Shown here one piece after another: positions 17,955-26,338 of a stretch of DNA of 64,000 bases. The stretch comes from Gemmatimonadales bacterium. Its GTDB lineage: Bacteria; Gemmatimonadota; Gemmatimonadetes; Gemmatimonadales; GWC2-71-9. Below the pieces are notes generated by a model. It worked only from the letters and a program-made list of their open reading frames with translations, was not told the DNA's origin and ran no database searches. Positions within the stretch are counted from its first letter, which is position 1; every line of letters begins with the position of its first letter. Location: NCBI GenBank assembly GCA_035943095.1, contig DASZCN010000101.1, positions 19,614-83,613 on the forward strand, in the 5' to 3' direction. Position numbers and translations under genes: made by a program.

Positions 17955-18917
17955 ATGCTCGACATCCGCTGGTTTGCGCCGAACGAACACTGCGCGCTCG
18001 TGGTGCCTCGCTTGCAGGCCCGCGGCGTATCGATCGCCCTGGATGGCGGCGAACCTGCGCGTCTGGCGATCGCGATGGACGCGCGGGTGGCCGCCGCCGC
18101 GTACACGTATGCCCGCCGGGTCGGTTGCCCGCTGATCCATTATGTGTGGGATCTCCCGCCCTGGAGGCTGGGCGACGGTCGTCCCGACTGGGTGTGGCAC
18201 GTGTTTGGCCGGTTTTTGCGGGTCCCACGCATCGGGCGGCGCTACCCGGAGCGGAAGGGCTATTACAGCCGGCTCAAGTTCGTCGCATCCCGCGCTCGGG
18301 AGGTGTGGGTGCCGAGCGCATATACGGCGGGGAGCGTCGCAGCGCGGTTCGACGTGACGTGTCGGCGCGTGCCGTTCTGTTTCGATTCGGACCGCTTCAC
18401 GCCCGCTTCCGCGACCCGCACGCGCGGGCTGCTCAGCGTGTCGCGGCTCACCCCGCAGAAGAACCATGCGGCGGTGATTCGCGCCGCCGCTCGGTTCGGG
18501 CCCGCTCTCGCGGTCCGCGTAGTAGGAAGCGGCCCCGAGCGCGACGGGCTCGAGCGGCTCGCCCGTGAGCTGCGGGTGCCCTGCACGATCGAGTCCGGGC
18601 TTTCGGAGGGGGAAATGGTGAGCGCGTATTGCAGCGCGGACGTCGTCGTCTGCCCGAGCCGGTTCGAGGGGTTCGGGCTCACGCCGATGGAGGCCATCGC
18701 CTGCGCCGCGCCGGTCGTGGTCTCCGACATCCCGCCCCATCGCGAATTCCTCGGCGACACGCCTCACTACTTCACGCTGGATGACGACGACAGCCTGGTG
18801 CAGGCGATCGCCGCCGCGCGCACGGGGCGGCCGCCGTCACCGGCGGTCTTGGAAAGCGTGTCGATCGACGCGGCCGCGGATCGCTTCGCTGCCGGTCTCG
18901 CTCCCTACCTGCGGTAG
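17955..18917 (+). CDS. Glycosyltransferase family 4
   Basis: C-terminal GT-B motifs: SRLTPQKNH..., EGFGLTPMEAIACAAPVVVSDIPPHREF. Confidence 0.8.
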   Translation: MLDIRWFAPNEHCALVVPRLQARGVSIALDGGEPARLAIAMDARVAAAAYTYARRVGCPLIHYVWDLPPWRLGDGRPDWVWHVFGRFLRVPRIGRRYPERKGYYSRLKFVASRAREVWVPSAYTAGSVAARFDVTCRRVPFCFDSDRFTPASATRTRGLLSVSRLTPQKNHAAVIRAAARFGPALAVRVVGSGPERDGLERLARELRVPCTIESGLSEGEMVSAYCSADVVVCPSRFEGFGLTPMEAIACAAPVVVSDIPPHREFLGDTPHYFTLDDDDSLVQAIAAARTGRPPSPAVLESVSIDAAADRFAAGLAPYLR

Positions 18918-18926
18918 GAGGCGATC

Positions 18927-20009
18927 TTAGCCCGCGGCGCCCGCCGCGCGCGAAGTGGCCACGGGCCGCGCGCTGATCGCGTAGGTGGGACAGTGGCGGA
19001 TGAAGCCCCCGTCGATCGGGGACCATTCCTGATCGGGACGCGTGACGACCGCTTTCCCCTCCGCATCCAGCACGAACATGCCGGGTGGCGCCTGTACCAG
19101 ACATGCGCCGCAACCGATGCAGCGCTCGCGCTGGACCCGAACGGTCACGGGCCGGCGCGGATACACGCCGCCGTCCCCCAGCGCGGGCCATTCCTCCGGC
19201 CGGTCGAGCGCGGCGGCCGTCGCGCGGTAGCCTTCTTCCACGACTTCGCGCAGATGATCGAACGAGTCGAACGGGATGTGCTCGACGCGCGGGTGCACGT
19301 AGTAGATGGGCGGCGTGGTCCAGTCCCGCAGCCGCAGCTCGAGCAGGGCCTGCATGGCGATCTCGGTGGCGCGTGCGAACACGGCGGCGAATCCTTCTTC
19401 CTGCGTGTCCGCGCGGAACGCGTTCGAGGCGGAAACGTCCACCGCGAGGATGAGATCGGCGCCGAGGATGCGGGCCGTTCCCACCGGGAGGTTGTCCACG
19501 GTCGCGCCGTCGACGTAGAAGCGACCGCGGATCTCCCGGGGTGGCAGGTAGCCCGGCAAGGCGCAGGACGCGAACACCGCGTCGCCTACCGGCACCTCGT
19601 CGAGGCCGTCCAGGCCCCAGAACACCTGCATCCCCGAGTTGACGTCGACAGTGTTCACGATGAGGGGGTGCCGCAAGTCCTGGAACGTCACGTTGCCCAC
19701 CAGCTTCTGGATCAACAGATCGAGCGGATCCCGCCGGAACAGGGCGGGGGACCGCATGCGCTTGAACGCCATGTCGGCGTGCGCCACGGCGAAGATGTCC
19801 TTGCGTCGCAGGGCCACCGCGATGTCGCGCAGCTCGGCGATGCTCCGACCCGCCGACCACGCGGCACCGACGAGCGCGCCCACGCTCGTACCGACGATCT
19901 GCGCCGGCACGAGCCCGCGCTCGGTGAGCGCCTGCAGCACGCCGACATGGGCGAGGCCCTTCATGCCGCCGCCGCCCAACACGAGTGTGAATCGCGTCTG
20001 GGTGTTCAC
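18927..20009 (-). CDS. Patatin-like phospholipase fused to a C-terminal single-cluster ferredoxin domain
   Basis: Patatin part: LVLGGGGMKGLAHVGVLQAL...GTSVGALVGA (oxyanion G-G-G and G-x-S-x-G) and DGATVDNLP (Asp of the catalytic dyad). C-terminal part: VRVQRERCIGCGACLVQAPPGMFVLDAEGKAVV...IRHCPTYAISA (CxxCxxC...CP). Start taken as GTG 20009; the longer ORF to 20102 overlaps the divergent gene. Confidence 0.75.
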   Translation of the reverse strand: MNTQTRFTLVLGGGGMKGLAHVGVLQALTERGLVPAQIVGTSVGALVGAAWSAGRSIAELRDIAVALRRKDIFAVAHADMAFKRMRSPALFRRDPLDLLIQKLVGNVTFQDLRHPLIVNTVDVNSGMQVFWGLDGLDEVPVGDAVFASCALPGYLPPREIRGRFYVDGATVDNLPVGTARILGADLILAVDVSASNAFRADTQEEGFAAVFARATEIAMQALLELRLRDWTTPPIYYVHPRVEHIPFDSFDHLREVVEEGYRATAAALDRPEEWPALGDGGVYPRRPVTVRVQRERCIGCGACLVQAPPGMFVLDAEGKAVVTRPDQEWSPIDGGFIRHCPTYAISARPVATSRAAGAAG

Positions 20010-20055
20010 GTGATTCGCCGCTTGCCCGGGAGGTGAGCTTCCGAGTAACGTAGTC

Positions 20056-20895
20056 GTGATCCCTATGCCCGCGCTACTCTTTGGCCGTCGCGTCGCGCGC
20101 AATCGCTGGTCGCTCGCCGGTCTCGCGCTCGTGGCCGCGTTAGGCCTCGCCGCCGCCGCGGCACCGTGGCTGGCGCCGGCGGATCCAAATCATGGCGAGC
20201 TCGCCGCGGCGCTCCGCGCGCCCTCGACCGCGTTCCCGCTCGGCACCGACGCGCAGGGGCGCGACGTCCTGAGCCGTGTCCTCTTCGGCGCGCGGCTGTC
20301 GCTCGCGGTCGGTCTCACGAGTCAAGTGATCTCGCTCGCGACCGGACTGTTGCTCGGCCTGGTGGCAGGCTTCCGCGGTCGCTGGGTCGACGCCGTCGTC
20401 ATGCGCGCCGCCGACGTCACGCTCGCCTTCCCATCCCTTCTCCTGCTCATCGCCGTGGCCGCGGCGGTCCGGCCTTCGCTTCCGGTAGTCTGCGTGGTGA
20501 TCGGCGCGGTGGGCTGGGCGGGGATGGCGCGATTGGTCCGCGGACAGGTGCTCGTGGCGCGGGGACTCGATTACGTGCAGGCGGCGCGGGCGCTCGGCGC
20601 CTCCGACGTGCGCCTCGTGGCGCGGCACGTGCTCCCCAACGTGCTCGGGCCCGTGATCGTGGCCGCGACCCTCGGGGTGGGGAGCGCGATCATGGCGGAA
20701 GCCGCCCTCTCGTTCGTCGGGTTGGGCGCACAGCCGCCCACGCCGTCGTGGGGCGCGATGATCGCCGAGGGTCGCGATTTGTTGCGCGTCGCACCGTGGG
20801 TGTCCCTGTTTCCCGGCCTCGCGATCGGCCTCACCGTGCTGGGCGTGAACCTCGTCGGCGACGGCCTCCGCGACGCGCTCGACGTCCGCGCATGA
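20056..20895 (+). CDS. ABC transporter permease, DppC/OppC family (no partner subunits nearby)
   Basis: ...PLGTDAQGRDVLSRVLFGARLSL... and the EAA-type loop ...AARALGASDVRLVARHVLPN... are typical peptide/nickel ABC permease features. Confidence 0.85.
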   Translation: MIPMPALLFGRRVARNRWSLAGLALVAALGLAAAAAPWLAPADPNHGELAAALRAPSTAFPLGTDAQGRDVLSRVLFGARLSLAVGLTSQVISLATGLLLGLVAGFRGRWVDAVVMRAADVTLAFPSLLLLIAVAAAVRPSLPVVCVVIGAVGWAGMARLVRGQVLVARGLDYVQAARALGASDVRLVARHVLPNVLGPVIVAATLGVGSAIMAEAALSFVGLGAQPPTPSWGAMIAEGRDLLRVAPWVSLFPGLAIGLTVLGVNLVGDGLRDALDVRA

Positions 20896-22079
20896 CCGAT
20901 ATCGCCTACCATCCCACACGTCTGCGCGCGGTGCGCGAGCAGTTTCGCGCGCTCCGCGCCGCCGAATTCCCGTGGACCGCGGACACGGTGTACCTGAACA
21001 ACGCGTCCATCGGCCCCATTCCCGAACGCACCCGCCGCGCCCTCGACGAATTCACCGCGAAACGCACCGCCCCCCACCTCCTCCCCGACCGCGAGCTCCA
21101 GGCCGGTCTGCAGGCGGCGCGCGCCGCGGTGGCCGCGCTGCTCAACGCGGAGCCCGCGGAGATCGCCCTCGCGACGAATACCAGCCACGGCCTGAACCTG
21201 GCCGCGCGCGCGCTGCCGCTCACGCCCGGGGATGTGGTGCTCGTGTCCGATCGTGAGTTTCCCGCCAACGTCTATCCGTGGCTGCTCCTCAGGAAGCGAG
21301 GCGTCGAGGTGGAGCTGGCGCCGTGTGCCGCCGAGGGGTGGCCGGACGAAGACTACCTCGTGGAGCGCTTGCACGATCCGCGCGTCCGTGTTCTCGCGGT
21401 GTCCTTCGTACAATTCTCGAACGGCTATCGCGCCGACCTCGCGCGCCTTGGCGCGGCGTGCCGCGCCAATGGGACCTTCCTGGTGGTCGACGGCATTCAG
21501 GGCATCGGAAACTCGGTACTCGACGTGCGCGACACGCCGGTGGACATCCTGGCTTGCGGCGGGCAAAAATGGCTGCTGTCGCCCTGGGGATCGGGATTCG
21601 TCTACGTGCGGCGGGAGCTGATCTCGGCGCTCGAGCCCGCGGTGACCGGGTGGATGGCATTCGAGGGTACCGACGACTTCTCGCGGCTCACGGAGTACAA
21701 CCCCGCGTTTCGATCTGACGCCCGCCGTTTCGAGATGGTGACCCTGCCCTACCAGGACTTCTACGGGATGACCGCTTCGCTTGGGATGCTGAGCGAGCTC
21801 GGCATGGACGACATCGCGCAGTACGCGCGTACGCTGCACGAGCCGATGCTGAAATGGGCGGACGACAACGGCGTCCGCGTCGCCTCACCGCGCGAGGACG
21901 CGCATCGCTCGGCGATCATCTGTCTCGCCCCCGAGCATCCGGCGGAAGCGTACCACGCGCTGAAACGCGCGCACGTCGTGTGCTCGCTGCGGGAGGGCGC
22001 CATTCGCCTCGCGCCGCATTGCTACAACACGGTGGAGGAGCTGGAGCGGGTGCTGGATGTGCTTGACCAGCTCGAATGA
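20892..22079 (+). CDS. Aminotransferase class V-fold PLP enzyme (cysteine desulfurase/selenocysteine lyase-like)
   Basis: TVYLNNASIGPIPERTRRAL..., LVVDGIQGIG..., ACGGQKWLLSPWGSGFVY (PLP Lys). The ATG overlaps the permease stop (ATGA at 20892-20895). Confidence 0.8.
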   Translation: MTDIAYHPTRLRAVREQFRALRAAEFPWTADTVYLNNASIGPIPERTRRALDEFTAKRTAPHLLPDRELQAGLQAARAAVAALLNAEPAEIALATNTSHGLNLAARALPLTPGDVVLVSDREFPANVYPWLLLRKRGVEVELAPCAAEGWPDEDYLVERLHDPRVRVLAVSFVQFSNGYRADLARLGAACRANGTFLVVDGIQGIGNSVLDVRDTPVDILACGGQKWLLSPWGSGFVYVRRELISALEPAVTGWMAFEGTDDFSRLTEYNPAFRSDARRFEMVTLPYQDFYGMTASLGMLSELGMDDIAQYARTLHEPMLKWADDNGVRVASPREDAHRSAIICLAPEHPAEAYHALKRAHVVCSLREGAIRLAPHCYNTVEELERVLDVLDQLE

Positions 22080-22090
22080 GAAAGGCGATA

Positions 22091-22138
22091 CACGACGGCA
22101 CGTTGCCTGTCAGTTAGGTCGGGGAACGTGCCGTCGTG
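22091..22138. terminator. Hairpin between convergent genes (possible bidirectional terminator)
   Basis: Perfect 14-bp inverted repeat: cacgacggcacgtt (22091-22104) and aacgtgccgtcgtg (22125-22138), with a 20-nt loop. It lies between the aminotransferase stop (22079) and overlaps the last codons of the 22114 gene. There is no clear U-tract. Confidence 0.45.
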
Positions 22139-22797
22139 CCGTCGTGTAACGGGTTCTCCCGATGCCCATCCCCCCACCCTGCCCACGCGACGAATAACCA
22201 ACCGAACACGATACCGCCGATCGCGAACGCGCGCTCCGTCGATGGCGGCGGGCTGAACAGCGAGCCGTAATACGACAGAAGGAGCACCACGACGAACGTC
22301 CAGAAACCGTATCGTCCCACGCGATCGCGTGCGCAGGTGCTCGTGGCGTAGAGCCACAACGCTGCGGCGAACATCACGCTCTCGGTGATGACGGTTCCCG
22401 TCGGTGAGTTCCAGAGACCGAGTCCCAGCGGCGTGCCGCCCGGATAGAGCGGCATATCAGGTCGATGTGTGACCCAATCGAGCACCCAATGACTCACCAC
22501 TACCAGCGCGACGGCGATCGCTCCCGGCACGTATCCGGTGCGCATTCGGTAGAGGACCGCGAACAGCACCCCCCAACCGATGAGTGTGACGAGGCTGTGC
22601 GAGAGCGGAATGGAATCGAGACACAGCCTCAAGAACGGGTTTGGGTTGGCAACGATGTGGGCGTGCTCCCACCCGACAAGGAAGAAGACCGGTAGGAGCA
22701 GATCCGCGAGGGTTGCCGCCGCGACGAAGGTGCCGAGCGAGGTGCGGGGGGCGACGCGCTTGGCGGCCAACGCGACGGCGTAGTGACCGATGAACAC
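22114..22797 (-). CDS. Polytopic inner-membrane protein (YdjM/DUF457-type metal-dependent hydrolase-like)
   Basis: MFIGHYAVALAAKR..., six or more hydrophobic segments, conserved His residues (SHSL, SHWVLDWVTH). The family assignment is tentative. Confidence 0.5.
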   Translation of the reverse strand: MFIGHYAVALAAKRVAPRTSLGTFVAAATLADLLLPVFFLVGWEHAHIVANPNPFLRLCLDSIPLSHSLVTLIGWGVLFAVLYRMRTGYVPGAIAVALVVVSHWVLDWVTHRPDMPLYPGGTPLGLGLWNSPTGTVITESVMFAAALWLYATSTCARDRVGRYGFWTFVVVLLLSYYGSLFSPPPSTERAFAIGGIVFGWLFVAWAGWGDGHRENPLHDGTTARSPT

Positions 22798-22806
22798 GGG
22801 TGATCG

Positions 22807-24066
22807 CTACGTCCCAGCCCGCAGCAGAGCGTAGTCCTTCTTGCCTTTGCGAAGCAAGAGATTGCCTCCGCTGAGCCAGTCGGGGGATTCGATCTTGCGC
22901 GCCGGGTCCTTCACGCGCTGCTGGTTGACGTAAATCCCCCCCTGCTCGATCGCGCGGCGCGCCTCGCTTTTTGATTTCGCGAGGCCTGTCTGTACGACCG
23001 CGTCCACCAGGGAGAGGCCGTCCGTCGATTGCACTCGCGCGGTCGGTATCTCTTGGGCCAGGAGATCGAGCGCACTCGCGTGGACTTGCCGGGGATCCAT
23101 ATCGCTGAACAGAACGGCATTCACGGCCATGGCATTCTCGGCCGACTGCCTCCCGTGCACCATCGTGGTCACTTCGGTCGCGAGCCTCGCTTGCGCCTCG
23201 CGGCGACTCGGGTCCTTCTTGTGCGTCTTGATCTGCGCGTCGACGTCGTGCCGAGACAGCAACGTGAACAGCTTGAGGTACGCCTCGACATCGCGGTCGT
23301 CGACGTTGTACCAGAACTGATAGAACTTGTATGGGGACGTGAGGGTCGGGTCGAGGTACATCGCCCCCGCCTCCGTCTTCCCAAACTTCGCGCCCGACGC
23401 GGTGGTCACGAGCGGTGCCACGAGCCCGTGCGCCTCGCCGCCTTCCACGCGGCGGATGAGATCGATCCCGGCCGTGACGTTCCCCCACTGATCGCTCCCA
23501 CCCACCTGGAGCGTGCAGCCGCGCTCGCGGAACAAGTGCAGGAAGTCGTACGCCTGCAGCAACATGTAGCTGAATTCGGTGTAGGAAATGCCCGTGTCGA
23601 GCCGCGCCTTCACCGCCTCCTTCTGCAGCATGATGTTGACGCTGAAGTGCTTCCCGACGTCGCGCAGGAAGTCCACCAGGCTCTGCTTCACCAGCCAGTC
23701 CGCGTTGTTGAGCACGAGCGCCTGCGCCGGCCCGTCGAAGTCGAGGAGCTTCGCCATCTGGTCGCGCTGGCGCTGGAGGTTTTCACGGATCTGCTCTTTC
23801 GAGAGGAGCGGGCGCTCGCTGCGTTTTCCGCTGGGGTCGCCGATCAGGCCGGTGCCGCCGCCCATGAGCACGAGCGGCTTGTGGCCCGCCAGCTGGAAGT
23901 GCCGCAGCAGCATGATCGGCATGAGATTGCCGAGCTGCAGACTCGGCGCGGTCGGATCGAAGCCGCAGTATACCGTGCGGCTGGCGCCGGTCAGATGAGT
24001 GCCGATTCCCTGCGTAGCGTGGTGTACGAAGCCGCGCCACTCGAGCTCGCCGAAGAGGTCCGACAT
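22807..24066 (-). CDS. tyrS: Tyrosine--tRNA ligase
   Basis: MSDLFGELEWRGFVHHAT...YCGFDPTAPSLQLGNL (HIGH-type region), KFGKTEAG (KMSKS-type), and a C-terminal S4 domain. Start taken as ATG 24066. Confidence 0.95.
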   Translation of the reverse strand: MSDLFGELEWRGFVHHATQGIGTHLTGASRTVYCGFDPTAPSLQLGNLMPIMLLRHFQLAGHKPLVLMGGGTGLIGDPSGKRSERPLLSKEQIRENLQRQRDQMAKLLDFDGPAQALVLNNADWLVKQSLVDFLRDVGKHFSVNIMLQKEAVKARLDTGISYTEFSYMLLQAYDFLHLFRERGCTLQVGGSDQWGNVTAGIDLIRRVEGGEAHGLVAPLVTTASGAKFGKTEAGAMYLDPTLTSPYKFYQFWYNVDDRDVEAYLKLFTLLSRHDVDAQIKTHKKDPSRREAQARLATEVTTMVHGRQSAENAMAVNAVLFSDMDPRQVHASALDLLAQEIPTARVQSTDGLSLVDAVVQTGLAKSKSEARRAIEQGGIYVNQQRVKDPARKIESPDWLSGGNLLLRKGKKDYALLRAGT

Positions 24067-24134
24067 GGCGCGGAATCGTACGAGAAGCCGTAACCGCTGG
24101 CAAGCGCCGAGCCGCCTCACTAGCTTGTAACGCG

Positions 24135-26297
24135 ATGGTGTCCATCCCAGCGCCCGCGCCGCTCTCCGGGCCCGTCACCTGGTGGCACAATCCGAAGATC
24201 CGCGGCCGCGTGATCACGGCCGCCGTGCTCGCGGTGGTGTACGGCCTCGGGCTCGCTTACGGATCGTGGACTCGCGTGTGCGCGGGTGAGCACTGCCCCA
24301 GCATCTCCCGCCTGGTTGCGAACCCGAACCATCAAGTTCAGACATCCAAGGTCTTTGCCGCCGACGGCCGCTTGATCAGTGAGCTCGGCGCGGAGCGCCG
24401 CACCGTCCTGCCCCTCACCGACATCCCGATCGGGCTGCGCCAGGCGTTCATCGCCACCGAAGACAAGCGGTTCTACGACCATCACGGGATCGACTACTGG
24501 CGCATCCTGGGCGCCATCAAGAACGACGTCCTGACGATGAGCTTTGCGCAAGGGTTTTCGACCATCACGATGCAGCTGGCCCGCAACATCTTTCCCGAGG
24601 AGATCAGCCGCGAGAAGACGCTCACGCGCAAGCTCAAGGAAGCGCGCGTGGCGGTCGAGATCGAAAACAGCTTCCCCAAGGACACGATCCTTCAGCTCTA
24701 TCTGAATCAGATCAACCTCGGGGCGGGGGCGCACGGCGTCGAAGCCGCGGCGCAGATCTACTTTGGCAAGCACGCGCGGCAGCTGAACGTCGCCGAAGCG
24801 GCGACGCTCGCCGCGCTGCCCAAGCTGCCGGCCTTCTACAATCCGCGTACGCATCCCGAGCGCGCGGTGCGGCGCCGCAACGTGGTGCTCGGACTCATGC
24901 GCGACCAGGGCTTCCTCTCGCCTGAAGAAGCGGAGCTCTGGAGCTCGTACCCCCTGGTGCTCACGTCCACCCGCACCAACTACGGCGACGTCGCGCCGTA
25001 CTTCGTCGAGTGGCTCCGTGTGCAGCTGGACGCCCGCTTCGGGCGGGACCTGTACGAGGGGGGCCTGCGTATCTACACGACCCTGGACCTCGACATGCAG
25101 GAGGCGGCCGAGCGCGCCCTTCAATCCCAGCTCGACGCGATCGAAGCCGGCGTGTATTCGAACGGAAAGTTCCCCGGACGCACGACGTATCGCGAGTACC
25201 TCGAGTCGTCCAAGGCCTCGGGTGAGGACCACGGCCCGTTCACGCCGTATCTGCAGGGCGCGCTCGTCGCCATCGAGGCCAACACCGGCTACATCCGCGC
25301 CATGATCGGCGGCCGCGACTTCGACGACTCGAAGTACAACCGTGCGACCCAGGCGATCCGGCAGCCCGGCTCCACGTTCAAGCCCTTCGTGTATTCCGCG
25401 GCGGTGCGCGCGGGCCATCCGGTCACCGAGATCCTCGACGATTCACCGCTCAACCCGCCGGTGATTCAGCTCGATTCGACGTTGTGGCAGCCCAAGGACG
25501 ACGACGACACGACGCTCGGCATGATCCCGATGCGCGAAGGCCTGTATCTGTCGCGGAACCTCGCTACCATCAAACTCGGCATGGCGCTGGGCGAGCAGAC
25601 GGTGATCGGTGAGGCGCGCCGCTACGGGATCACGACGCCGCTGCCGCCCTATCCGTCGATCCATATCGGCGCGAAGGGCGTGCGGCCGATGGAGATGATC
25701 GCCGCGTACACGGCCTTCGCCACGCTCGGCACGCGTGCCGAGCCGGTGGGCGTCCTGCGCGTGGAAGACCGCCAGGGCAACATCCTGTGGCAGCCCGCAA
25801 TCCGGCGCGAGCCCGTCATGGATCCCGAGCACACCTGGCTCATGGTCGACATGATGAAGGACGTGATCCGCCGCGGCACCGCGTTCAGCGCGGTGTGGAA
25901 GGCGGGCTTTACGCTCCCGGCCGCCGGCAAGACCGGTACGACTGACGATTACACCGACGCTTGGTTCATCGGCTACACGCCCGAGCTCGTGGCCGGCATC
26001 TGGGTCGGCTACGATCTGCAGCAGCGCATTCTCGAGCACAACGCCGGCGGCGGCCGTATCGTCGCGCCGGCGTGGACGGCGTTCATGCGCGACGTGTACG
26101 ACCGTCGGCCCGCGCCACCCGATTGGGTCCGGCCCGACTCGCTCATCACCCGCGAGGTGGACTGGTCGAACGGGTACCTCGCCACGCCGTTTTGCCCCCA
26201 GGACGTACGCCACTGGGACTGGTTCTATCCCGGCACGGAGCCGACCCAGGCGTGCCCGGTGCACACGCCGTTCGGCGGCATCGGAGTGTCTCCGTAA
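24135..26297 (+). CDS. mrcA: Class A penicillin-binding protein (transglycosylase/transpeptidase)
   Basis: GT51 motifs: FIATEDKRFYDHHGID, STITMQLARN. Transpeptidase motifs: SAFKPFVY-type (STFKPFVYSAA), SRN, KTGTTDD. Confidence 0.93.
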   Translation: MVSIPAPAPLSGPVTWWHNPKIRGRVITAAVLAVVYGLGLAYGSWTRVCAGEHCPSISRLVANPNHQVQTSKVFAADGRLISELGAERRTVLPLTDIPIGLRQAFIATEDKRFYDHHGIDYWRILGAIKNDVLTMSFAQGFSTITMQLARNIFPEEISREKTLTRKLKEARVAVEIENSFPKDTILQLYLNQINLGAGAHGVEAAAQIYFGKHARQLNVAEAATLAALPKLPAFYNPRTHPERAVRRRNVVLGLMRDQGFLSPEEAELWSSYPLVLTSTRTNYGDVAPYFVEWLRVQLDARFGRDLYEGGLRIYTTLDLDMQEAAERALQSQLDAIEAGVYSNGKFPGRTTYREYLESSKASGEDHGPFTPYLQGALVAIEANTGYIRAMIGGRDFDDSKYNRATQAIRQPGSTFKPFVYSAAVRAGHPVTEILDDSPLNPPVIQLDSTLWQPKDDDDTTLGMIPMREGLYLSRNLATIKLGMALGEQTVIGEARRYGITTPLPPYPSIHIGAKGVRPMEMIAAYTAFATLGTRAEPVGVLRVEDRQGNILWQPAIRREPVMDPEHTWLMVDMMKDVIRRGTAFSAVWKAGFTLPAAGKTGTTDDYTDAWFIGYTPELVAGIWVGYDLQQRILEHNAGGGRIVAPAWTAFMRDVYDRRPAPPDWVRPDSLITREVDWSNGYLATPFCPQDVRHWDWFYPGTEPTQACPVHTPFGGIGVSP

Positions 26298-26338
26298 AGG
26301 ACAGGTGTCCGGTTTCTGGTGTCCGAAGACCCGCCTCC

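Noticed and set aside
18189-18203. Sigma-54-promoter-like TGGCACGTGTTTGGC (GG-N10-GC spacing). Also CTGGCCACGTTTGCC at 39850-39864.
   Set aside because: The first lies inside the GT4 coding sequence with no downstream gene start. The second has the GG and GC elements 2 nt too close. Neither is convincing without a genome-wide model.
18927-20009. Patatin-like phospholipase as a CBASS/other defence effector.
   Set aside because: There is no cyclase, SAVED/STING, E1/E2/JAB or other defence partners. The flanking genes are glycosyltransferases and a transport/PLP pair.
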